From the IMG/VR virus record IMGVR_UViG_2854078061_000001, positions 32,001-96,000 of that record: a DNA stretch of 64,000 nucleotides. One strand, 5' to 3'. Of this stretch, positions 54,816 through 64,000 are shown piece after piece. Made by a program: the position numbers and the translations under genes. Source of the DNA: a virus. Taxonomy: Duplodnaviria; Caudoviricetes. Under the pieces are notes generated by a model. It worked only from the letters and a program-made list of their open reading frames with translations, was not told the DNA's origin and made no database searches. Position 1 is the stretch's first letter; each line of letters opens with the position of its first letter.

Positions 54816-57292
54816 CATATCTTCCGACTGACGCAGACCTGGCGCTATTGAACAATCATTCGTCTAATATTTACTGCCGCATTGATATGCTGAACAAAGA
54901 TTTTATTACAATTGATAGTTTGGAAGGTCTTGTGATCGATGGTTCTATTTCTATCGACTCAGAATCTGACGTGCGGCGAACCTTTAATGTGACCTTGTAT
55001 CTGGGTAAGAAGAGCGGCATTTCAAGCCTGACGGAAGAGGATTGGATCAGTAAAAATGTGCGTGTATTCATTGGTCTGTCAGGAAGAGGAATGTCGAAAA
55101 TCAGTGCTTCAAAGAGTATTGACGAGATGATCAGGGAAAATGCGGATTATCAGCTCGCTGCGACGAATTATGATGATTTGATTCAGGACATCACAAATAG
55201 AGGCTATGCAAAATACGGCAATATCGACAATCTGAATCGAGATGTGCTAGTGTGGACACGAGCCAATATCTCAAAGTATCATACGTTCTTTGACCAGATC
55301 AATGACGGCACGCCACCGGATGACCCAGCTGAAGCAGAAGAATGGTACACCAAACTTGGTGATTACTCTACAGTTTTGGGAAGTGATGACCCAATTTGTC
55401 AAGATGGCCCTTATATCGCATTTACACCGATGCTGCAGACCAAAGACGGACTTGTGCCGCTTGTGAAGGATGATATCTGGGCTTATCTGGATGCTGTGGC
55501 AACAAAAGCGAAGTCAATGAGCGGCGGTCTCTCCCCTGCCAATATCTTTGAGGTAGATAAATCAGGCATCGATAGTTTCGTGTATGGTAACAAAATGCAT
55601 GTCCATGGGATGATTGCTGCTGTTGAAGGTATGGTTCTGAACGGAGTTACGCTTGGTAAGGTGGATGTTTCTGCTATTGCCGGTTAGAGTGAGGACGAAT
55701 TAAGGGAGACCTACGGAAAAACCAGTGTGTTTGCAGGACATTCCATGCACGACATTCAAGCAGAAGTGATTGACACAAAGACCGCGTTGAATGAGTTGTA
55801 TAACGACCTGTTCCTTAGCTATTCCAATTCAGCTGATAATTCTTATGTTAATGGTGTAAAAATCTATTGGTACAACGAGAGGTGCTATACATTTACATCC
55901 AATGGCTTTACATATAGCGCAACAGAAAACACTGTGCAGGCCAGCTGTGTTGACTTGGTTTCTCGTACCAACGGAGACTTGGGTGGACAGCTGGTTGGTG
56001 GTACACATCGCATTGAGAAAGGCACTCGTATCGGTGATGCCATCTGGACGGTGATGAGAGATGAGACGGAGTTTAAGAAATATTCTATCGACTATTGGAG
56101 CCGCACTGTTCCACATGACTTGGATTATGATACTGGCTCGACTGTTTGGGATATTCTCTCAGAATTGCGTGACCTGTATTATCCGTTTGAGATGTATTTT
56201 GACGATGATGTGTTTGTATGCAAGGAAATCCCCAGTGGATTTGACGACCCGCCTGTACTTGACCCGGAAGTATTCGAGAAGCTTGTGACAAACGATGGCG
56301 AATCGGCCACGGTGGATTATTCCGCTGTTCGAAACTGTGTCGAAGTGTTTGGTGCGACGATTGAAGCGGATGGAGCTGCAACTGTAAAAGGATGGTCTGG
56401 AACAAATAAAACAATCAACCTTGTATTGAACGCAACCGAATCAACATGGAAAAGTGAAACGAAAGTATCTTTTGTGGCTCCTGCAAATGTTGAAGCTGCC
56501 AAGACGGACAAAAATGGCAACGTAACAAGTGGCGCTATGACAGTTGTGTTGACATTTACATGGAAGTACAAGGATAAAGACGGCAATGAACAAGTTGGCT
56601 CTGAGACAAAGACCAGCACGCTGTATCGTTCTTTGACTGATGCCAATGGTTCAGATGTCATTCAAGACCCCGGATGTATTAAGGCTACAAAGTATTATGT
56701 TCTTCAGTGGAATCCGAATACTGGCCGCATCTACTTTTTGGGCCAACAGCAGAGTCACGCTATGGCAAAACTGGTGGACGAAATCCCAGCTACCAAAGAG
56801 ATCGAAGCTCAAAAGGCAGAAGATAACTGCGACAATATGGCTTTTATCTGTGTGAATGACCCGAACAATATTGACGACCTGTACAATGCACGGTTATCCA
56901 TTGAAAAGATCGGTCGTAGAACTGAGATTCTATCGGGTGGAGACTACGAGAATTACACCACGGATGACGCAGCCATGGAAGTTTGTCAATACGAACTGTG
57001 GAAGCGTGCCCGCCTGACGGACGGCCTGAGTGTGACCACGCGACTGGTTCCGTGGCTCGACGTGAATGAAAAGATTCAGTATGCTGCCAAATATCTGGGC
57101 GGTAAGACCCCCGTGGATTGGATCATCAAGAGCATCTCTATGAATCTTGGCGAAGGCACAATGTCACTTTCTTTGAGCCGCTATTACCCCTATTACACTT
57201 ATATCGTAAACAACAAATATACGTTCTATCAGGACAATTTGTTTGATAAATATTTTCCCGAATTAACTGCCACTACGGCAGATGAACAATAA
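54812..57292 (+). CDS. baseplate hub/tail protein, DUF5048-like, with inserted domain (826 aa; internal TAG 55685)
   Basis: GSISIDSESDVRRT N-terminus and VPWLDVNEKI C-terminus joined in frame across TAG. Confidence 0.75.
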
Positions 57293-57307
57293 GAGAGGAG
57301 TGAGCAA

Positions 57308-60300
57308 ATGGCACTATCTTTTGGAGAATCTAAGCGGTTGGCTGCGAAAAAAGCTGCAAGCCCCGCAAATGTTTCTGTTGATGATATAGATGTCGCAACT
57401 CTGGAATTAAATGACGAAGACCAAATTGCCGTGTATGATGATAACGGAGAAGAGACATTTGAGCGTAGTGGCAATTACACCTGGTTTGCTGATTACTCTG
57501 ATGACCAGTGGTCTTACATCGACAAAAACAAAGATATTCAGCTGGATGCAAATCAGATCAATATTACACAGGAATCCAACTCGCAAGTTATTCCGTTTGA
57601 AATGCCGCGTTACTACGATGGTATTGACCTGCTTCAGATGACGATTCAGATCCACTACCTGAACGCAGACAGAGAGGAAAATTACGCTTCCCCTATCAAC
57701 GTGAGCTACAGCAATACCAAGATCCGCTTCTACTGGCTGGTAGCAAATGATGCTACTGCAAAAGATGGCGAGCTGCAGTTTGAGATCATGGCATCCGGCG
57801 CTGTGAATGTCCCGAATACAAGCACCACCAAGAGCTATCTGTGGCGCACCCGCCCGAATGGCCGATTGAATGTGCTGAAATCACTGACCGGCAAGCAGAT
57901 GGTCGATCCGAGTGGCAATGACTGGTATACCCAGTTCCTGGCAACAATGAGTCAGAAGGTTGGCGAAGCACAGGTTGCCGCATCCGCTGCTGAGAAGAGC
58001 GCACAGGACGCAAAGAATGCAGTTGCAAGTGTGGATGAAAAGCTGGCGCAGTTCTATAAGAAGGACGAGGTTGATGGCTTTGTTACGATGCTGCGTGGTG
58101 AGATTGCTGCCGTTGATGGTCTGGCAAATTTCAATGTGCAGTATGACAACGATACTCGCACCCTGACGTTCCTGAATGGCGCTGAAGAGATCACAAAGAT
58201 CAAGTTGAACACTGACCCTTCTGCTGAGTGGGTGAGCATGTATAATGGTATTGTGGACAATAAGATCAGCACTGCTGTGACCCCTGTTCAGACTGAGCTG
58301 ACTGAATACAAGACCGCAAATGATGCCGCTGTACAGGAGCTGAAGAATAGTGTTGGTGACCTGCCTGAGACCCTGAAGTCTTCCTATTATAATAAGAAAG
58401 CTACTGACGCATTGCTCGATAAGAAAGCAGACAAGACAACCGTTGACGTGCTATCCAGTGATGTGAGCGGCCTGAAGAATACGGTTGGCGGCATTCAGAC
58501 CTCTGTTGACCTGGCCAATGCGGATATCGCTAAGATTCAGGAAACCTTGAAAGACTTTAAGCCCGATGAGAATTCTGGCCGCGAATACGATATCACTTAC
58601 GAAGATTCCAAGCTGAACCTGTTGGAGAACGGTACGGTCAAGACCACTGTTATCATTGAAGGTGGCGGCGGTGGCGGTGGCAGCACTTCTACGATCACCA
58701 TTGAGCGTATTGGTGAATCTTCTATCGCTGTTGTTAAGGGTGACACCGCAACTGTCGAGTTTAACTTTACTTCTGTGGACAACTCTGGCGAAGACACTGG
58801 CGATGCTACTGGCGTATGGTACGTTGGAAATACAAAGGTCGCCACTTCGACTGTCTACCAGGGCAAGAACAGCTTTGATATCACCCAGTATTTGCACAAT
58901 GGCGACAACAAGATCAAATTACAGGTCACTGATTCCGTTGGCAGCATGGGTTCAAAGACTTGGAATATCAATATTGTCGAGTTTTATCTGGAGAGTATCT
59001 TCGATGATTCTCTGGTTTATAGTGGTGAAGTTACTTTCCGCTTTACTCCATACGGAAATATCAATAAGGACGTTTCCTTTACTCTGGATGGCAAAAAGCT
59101 TGGTAGTGTTACAACTGCGGTTACCGGCAGACAGATGACCTATGCGATTCCGGCACAGAGACACGGCGCTCACCTGCTGGAAGTGACCATGACTGCAAAT
59201 ATCAATGGCAAAGCTGTGACCAGTAATACCATTTATAAAGATATCATGTGGGCAGAGGAAGGCAATAACACACCGATCATCAGTTGCGCCACAAAGGAGT
59301 TCACCGCAAAACAGTACAGTACCACTGGCATTGTTTACACTGTCTATAACCCGGCCTCTTCTACTGCAAGCATTACGCTGGAAGTTGACGGCATTAAGAC
59401 TTCTACACTGACTGTTGGTCGTACTGCTCAGACTTGGAGCTTTAAATCTTCTGATATTGGCACCCACACACTGACCATTACTTGCGGCGCTACTATTAAG
59501 AGCATCACCGCAAAGATCGAAGACCTGGGTATCACCATTGAGCCAGTTAAAACCGGTCTGATGTTGGACTTTAACCCAGCTGGCCGCAGCAACGCAGACG
59601 TGAACCGCCTGTGGAGTTCCGGCAGCAATAAGATGACTGTCAGCGATAACTTTGACTGGGTGAACGGTGGCTACCAGATCGACGAAGATGGCGACACTTA
59701 CTTCTGTGTCAAGGCCGGTACGACTGCCACCATCAGCTATAAGCTTTTCGCAGACGATGCAAAGAAGAGCGGCAAGAATTTCAAGCTGGTGTTTAAAACC
59801 ACGAACGTCCGCAACTATGATGCTACTGCCGTGACTTGCTTGAATGGCGGTGTTGGTCTGAACATTCAGGCTCAGAAGGTTACGCTAACCAGCCACCAGA
59901 ACAGTATTGATCTGCCCATCTGTGAGGACGATTTCCTCGAGTTCGAGTTCAATATTCTGCCGGACAAACAGTTCCGCGAGATGGTTCTGTGGTGTGACGG
60001 TATCCCTTGCCGTGTTGAACTGTACGATACCAGCGACAGCTTTACTCAGGCTGCTCCCGTTGGCATTACTATTGGCTCTGACGATTGTGACGTTATCGTG
60101 TACCGCATGAAGAGCTACGGTATGAACCTGACGGATGATGAGATTCTGGACAACTTTATTGCCGATGCGAAGAACGCCGAAGAGATGGTCTCTCGCTATA
60201 TGCGCAACGACATTACGGATGCGAGCGGCGAACTGACCCCTGACTTGCTGGCAGAGAAATGCCCCGATCTGCGTATCATCAAGATCTCCGCACCTACTTT

Positions 60301-63300
60301 CACAACTGGCAAGAAGAACGAGGTCGCCAACACTACGATCCAGCAGATCTATAAGAATGGTCGTGCTAAGGAGGATAACTGGACTGCTACCGGCTCCCAC
60401 AAGGGTCAAGGCACCAGCTCCGACCACTATGGCGCATCTGCTCGAAATATTGATATTAACTGCAAGGGCGGCTTTACGTTTGGTGATGACACTACCGGTG
60501 ACACCTATGCACTGACCGAAAATAGCGTTCCTGAGAAGTATTTTAACATCAAAGTCAATGTTGCTTCCTCTGAGAATGCAAACAACTCCCTGTTGGCGGA
60601 TGATTTCAATGAATTTAACCCCTATGTGCGTCAGGCTAAGAAGGATAATCCCAAAGTGCGTGATACCATGGCGTTCTATCCCTGTGTTGTGTTTATTCAG
60701 GAGACCGATACCACCAATGCGACCGTATTTAACGATGGTCAGTGGCACTTCTATGCCTGCGGCGACATTGGCAACTCCAAAAAGAACAATGATACGATGG
60801 GTATGGACCCCGAGAATCACAAGGAATTTATCGTTGAGATTGACAACAACGCCGATGAGCAAACCCGCTTCCTGAGCGGCGATTTCTCACAGGAAACTTG
60901 GGATGGCGACCACTCCTTTGAGTTCCGTTACAGCAACCCTGCCTGCACTGAGGAAGAAATCGAGGCTGGCAAACAGGCGTGGATCACAGCTCAGAACTGG
61001 GTGGTGAATGCGGATGACGAGGAATTCAAGGCACATTTCAAGGATCACTTTGATCTGGATTCTGCTATTTTCCATTATCTGTTTACTGAGCGTCACACCA
61101 TGGTTGATAACCGTGCAAAGAACGTGTTCCCGCACACCAGCGATCTGGTTCACTGGGACTTCTGCTTTGACTACGATAACGATACCGCCATGGGCAATGA
61201 TAACGAGGGTGGTCTGACTCTGACTTATGGCTATGAGGACACTGATACTATCGGCACAAAGAATGTGTTTAACGCTGCGGATTCCAAGCTGTGGTGCAAG
61301 CTGCGTGACCTGTTCCCCGATGAGATAGCAGCGATGTTCCGCAACCGTGAGAATGCGCTGGCATGGAGTGCGACTCGTATTTTGAAAAAGTTCGAGGAAT
61401 ATCAGGATGTGAAGCCTGAAAAGCTTTGGATTATGGATATGCGGCGCAAATATTTCCGCACCTACGAAGATCCCACCATCAATACCACCAGCTATCTGCC
61501 TATGATGCATGGTAACAAGCGGCATCAGCGTCGGCAGTTCCAGCGTTATCAGGAAAAGTACATGACATCTAAGTATTCCGGTTCTGCTGCAACCAGTGAT
61601 GATATGACCATTCGTGGCTATACTCCAACCAACTGGACTGGCGTGAAACCGGACGGCACATTCCATATCACACCATACGCTGATACCTACGTCTCTGTTC
61701 TGTACGGCTCCAACCCTGTGAAGGTGCGTGGCAAGCGCGGACAGACCTACACGATTGAATGCCCCATCACCGCAATGAATGATACTGAAGTTTATATCTA
61801 TAACGCTTCTATCATTCAGAGCATTGGTGATATCTCTGGCTTCTATCCTGGCTATGTTGACTTCAGCCACGGTGTTAAGCTGACAGAGCTGAAAGTAGGT
61901 TCCGGTGTGAGCGGCTATAAGAATACGAACATGACCGATTTCGCTGTCGGTAATAACACTCTGCTGGAACATTTGAACTTGCAGAACGTGCCGAACTTGA
62001 AGAAATCTATTGGTCTGACCGGATGCACCAGCCTGACTGAGTTCTATGCTGACGGCTCTGGTATTACCGGTGTCTCTTTTGCAAGCGGCGGCAAGATCAA
62101 AATCGCCCACCTGCCTGCAATTGCCAGCTTGACCGCAAAGAACCTGAACTATCTGACTGACCTGACGATTGAGGATTACACCAATATCACTACGTTGACC
62201 GTTGAGAAGTGTGCAACCATCGATCTGAAAGATATGCTGGGCAAGTGCACCAACCTGAACCGTGTGCGTATTACCGGTATTGATTGGGAACTGGCTGATA
62301 CTTCCCTGCTGAATCGCCTGTACGCAATGAGCGGTCTGGATGAAAATGGCTACAACACTGACAATTCTGTCGTGGAAGGCAAAGTTCATGTACCCATCAT
62401 CCGTGAGCGTGAGAAGCTGTTGTACACAGAGCGCTGGCCTGATTTGGAGATCACCTACAACACCATGATCAACCAGTATGCTTGGAAGTTCGTGAATAAG
62501 GATGGCGCTGTTCTGGATATCCAGTATATTGACAAGGGCGAGCGTGCAGTTGACCCTGTGACCCGCTCTGACAATCCTATCCCGACACCTACCTTCCCGA
62601 GTACCATCAGTACGGTATTTACATTCAGTGGCTGGGACACCGAGTTCACTCCTGTTTTTGAAAATCAGACTGTTACTGCTGTATACGATGAATCTGTGCG
62701 TCAGTATCGTGTACGCTATATGAATCGCGGCGCTGTTCTACAGCAGACAACTGCTCCGTATGGCTCTATGGTTCTGTATGATGGCGACACTCCGACCTAT
62801 ACAAGCGAAGAGACTGCTTATAAGTATTATCTATTCAGTGGCTGGGACAAAGGCGGCTATGTCAATGGCGACAAGGATATCAATGCTGTTTACGACATAT
62901 GCGAATACGTCAGCGGCTACTTCAGAGACAAGCAGCTGAGTGACCTACGCCCTGTTGAGATTTATGCCATGACCAAGGTGAATCTGGAGCAGAGTGTTGT
63001 TTCTGACAAAGACGCTATCACCATCAAGATGGGCAACGACTTCACCTTTAGCGACGTGGAAGAGAAAGTTTTGTTCAACGAGCCGAAGATCTTTACTGGC
63101 AAGAATTATGTCGATACCGGCGTATCTCTGTTGGCTGAAGACCGCAGCTGGGTTATGGCGCTGGACTATCGAATCGACGAAGATTCTGCCGCAAACTCTG
63201 TGATTGCTCAGTGCTTCCAGACCAATGGCATGAATGGTTTCCGCTTCTGGGTCAACAACGGCTCCAAGGTTGCATGGGGTACTGAATCCACCACCGGCGC

Positions 63301-64000
63301 ACATCTTGGTTCTCGTGATATGATCGTTCTGCGCCATACCAAGGGCGAAAATGGTATTCACGTTTATGCGGCGAATACCACTGCTGCTGAAATCGGCTAT
63401 ATTCAGTTGAATCGTACTCGCACCACACAGACAAATGCCACTTTGGTGTTTGGTTGTGCTAAGGCAGACGACGGCGCTTACGAGCGTTACGCAAAAGGCA
63501 CAATCTACTGGGGCAAGCTCTGGTATACCGATCTGGGTGACGCTGCCTGCCGGAAGTTGGCCGCATGGACACATGAGGACTTCACTTTCGAGGCTTGTGG
63601 CTTCAAACAGTATTACCTGAGCGATAATTCCAACAAGCGTTGTTCTATCAGCTTTATTCAGGCCGGACTGCTTGGTCAGAAGATGGCTCTGAATACTGGT
63701 TCCACTAACACTGGCGGCTGGGCAGATGCGAATATCCGTACATTCCTTGACGGTCGTATTCTGAATGCTCTCCCGATTGGTTGGCAACAGATCATCAAGC
63801 AGGTCAAGGTTGGCAGTACCATTGGCGATAAGAGCAGCGAAGTTGTGACTGCGGACAGTTATTTCTATCTGCCATCTGTGGCCGAATTGTTCCCCTCTCA
63901 GAATGTTGAGCCTTATATTTACGAAGGTACGGCAATCAGCTTTATGACTGATAATACCAGCCGCATCTGCAATGACGAGAATGGCAATCCCGCTGCATAT
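57308..64000 (+). CDS. giant tail fibre/baseplate protein (over 2200 aa, runs off window): BppU-like, CotH-kinase-like, LRR, InlB B-repeats, DUF6273-like
   Basis: ATG 57308 with GAGGAG RBS; no stop seen to window end (hence absent from ORF track); motifs FEMPRYYDGIDL, QGTSS, DNRAKN, DYDNDT, FSGWD twice, NTGGW. Confidence 0.85.
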   Translation, partial: MALSFGESKRLAAKKAASPANVSVDDIDVATLELNDEDQIAVYDDNGEETFERSGNYTWFADYSDDQWSYIDKNKDIQLDANQINITQESNSQVIPFEMPRYYDGIDLLQMTIQIHYLNADREENYASPINVSYSNTKIRFYWLVANDATAKDGELQFEIMASGAVNVPNTSTTKSYLWRTRPNGRLNVLKSLTGKQMVDPSGNDWYTQFLATMSQKVGEAQVAASAAEKSAQDAKNAVASVDEKLAQFYKKDEVDGFVTMLRGEIAAVDGLANFNVQYDNDTRTLTFLNGAEEITKIKLNTDPSAEWVSMYNGIVDNKISTAVTPVQTELTEYKTANDAAVQELKNSVGDLPETLKSSYYNKKATDALLDKKADKTTVDVLSSDVSGLKNTVGGIQTSVDLANADIAKIQETLKDFKPDENSGREYDITYEDSKLNLLENGTVKTTVIIEGGGGGGGSTSTITIERIGESSIAVVKGDTATVEFNFTSVDNSGEDTGDATGVWYVGNTKVATSTVYQGKNSFDITQYLHNGDNKIKLQVTDSVGSMGSKTWNINIVEFYLESIFDDSLVYSGEVTFRFTPYGNINKDVSFTLDGKKLGSVTTAVTGRQMTYAIPAQRHGAHLLEVTMTANINGKAVTSNTIYKDIMWAEEGNNTPIISCATKEFTAKQYSTTGIVYTVYNPASSTASITLEVDGIKTSTLTVGRTAQTWSFKSSDIGTHTLTITCGATIKSITAKIEDLGITIEPVKTGLMLDFNPAGRSNADVNRLWSSGSNKMTVSDNFDWVNGGYQIDEDGDTYFCVKAGTTATISYKLFADDAKKSGKNFKLVFKTTNVRNYDATAVTCLNGGVGLNIQAQKVTLTSHQNSIDLPICEDDFLEFEFNILPDKQFREMVLWCDGIPCRVELYDTSDSFTQAAPVGITIGSDDCDVIVYRMKSYGMNLTDDEILDNFIADAKNAEEMVSRYMRNDITDASGELTPDLLAEKCPDLRIIKISAPTFTTGKKNEVANTTIQQIYKNGRAKEDNWTATGSHKGQGTSSDHYGASARNIDINCKGGFTFGDDTTGDTYALTENSVPEKYFNIKVNVASSENANNSLLADDFNEFNPYVRQAKKDNPKVRDTMAFYPCVVFIQETDTTNATVFNDGQWHFYACGDIGNSKKNNDTMGMDPENHKEFIVEIDNNADEQTRFLSGDFSQETWDGDHSFEFRYSNPACTEEEIEAGKQAWITAQNWVVNADDEEFKAHFKDHFDLDSAIFHYLFTERHTMVDNRAKNVFPHTSDLVHWDFCFDYDNDTAMGNDNEGGLTLTYGYEDTDTIGTKNVFNAADSKLWCKLRDLFPDEIAAMFRNRENALAWSATRILKKFEEYQDVKPEKLWIMDMRRKYFRTYEDPTINTTSYLPMMHGNKRHQRRQFQRYQEKYMTSKYSGSAATSDDMTIRGYTPTNWTGVKPDGTFHITPYADTYVSVLYGSNPVKVRGKRGQTYTIECPITAMNDTEVYIYNASIIQSIGDISGFYPGYVDFSHGVKLTELKVGSGVSGYKNTNMTDFAVGNNTLLEHLNLQNVPNLKKSIGLTGCTSLTEFYADGSGITGVSFASGGKIKIAHLPAIASLTAKNLNYLTDLTIEDYTNITTLTVEKCATIDLKDMLGKCTNLNRVRITGIDWELADTSLLNRLYAMSGLDENGYNTDNSVVEGKVHVPIIREREKLLYTERWPDLEITYNTMINQYAWKFVNKDGAVLDIQYIDKGERAVDPVTRSDNPIPTPTFPSTISTVFTFSGWDTEFTPVFENQTVTAVYDESVRQYRVRYMNRGAVLQQTTAPYGSMVLYDGDTPTYTSEETAYKYYLFSGWDKGGYVNGDKDINAVYDICEYVSGYFRDKQLSDLRPVEIYAMTKVNLEQSVVSDKDAITIKMGNDFTFSDVEEKVLFNEPKIFTGKNYVDTGVSLLAEDRSWVMALDYRIDEDSAANSVIAQCFQTNGMNGFRFWVNNGSKVAWGTESTTGAHLGSRDMIVLRHTKGENGIHVYAANTTAAEIGYIQLNRTRTTQTNATLVFGCAKADDGAYERYAKGTIYWGKLWYTDLGDAACRKLAAWTHEDFTFEACGFKQYYLSDNSNKRCSISFIQAGLLGQKMALNTGSTNTGGWADANIRTFLDGRILNALPIGWQQIIKQVKVGSTIGDKSSEVVTADSYFYLPSVAELFPSQNVEPYIYEGTAISFMTDNTSRICNDENGNPAAY

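Noticed and set aside
12750-55687. Split genes as pseudogenes of a decaying prophage
   Set aside because: All interruptions are TAG, with no TAA/TGA nonsense or frameshifts seen, and essential genes are otherwise intact with correct sizes and overlaps.
55080-55850. Intein in the hub protein
   Set aside because: No N-terminal Cys/Ser block or C-terminal His-Asn motif recognisable.
49784-63787. Long minus-strand ORFs (e.g. 49784-51241, 59885-60862, 60887-62389, 62945-63787)
   Set aside because: Antisense shadows of strongly codon-biased plus-strand structural genes; no RBS or recognisable motifs.

Overview
A 64 kb segment of a large temperate-type siphovirus with SPbeta-like gene order, probably infecting a gut Firmicute (host not determinable here). 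The left arm (1-11.4 kb, minus strand) carries small early-type genes. The right arm (12.2 kb to end, plus strand) carries PIN-PhoH, an array of small genes, a YonO-like single-subunit RNA polymerase, a phosphoesterase, a tRNA, terminase, portal, protease, capsid, head-tail and tail genes, a very large tape measure gene and baseplate/fibre genes. Main discoveries: (1) 16 in-frame TAG codons interrupt 14 otherwise intact genes, including RNAP, terminase, portal and tape measure. They sit where Trp is expected, while every gene I could delimit ends in TAA or TGA. This implies UAG is read as Trp, not the Gln known from recoded gut phages, with almost exactly one amber per gene. (2) Seven tandem unrelated proteins share a C-terminal tag, roughly E-C-x-C-E-S/P/T-L-L-stop. 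(3) A 2.28 kb group I intron with predictable splice sites splits the tape measure gene and carries four cargo genes instead of a homing endonuclease. (4) A ~190-aa unknown domain is shared by the tape measure and a baseplate protein. (5) A probable type I toxin locus and a restriction-site-depleted candidate leading region. All calls were made by eye; no searches were run.
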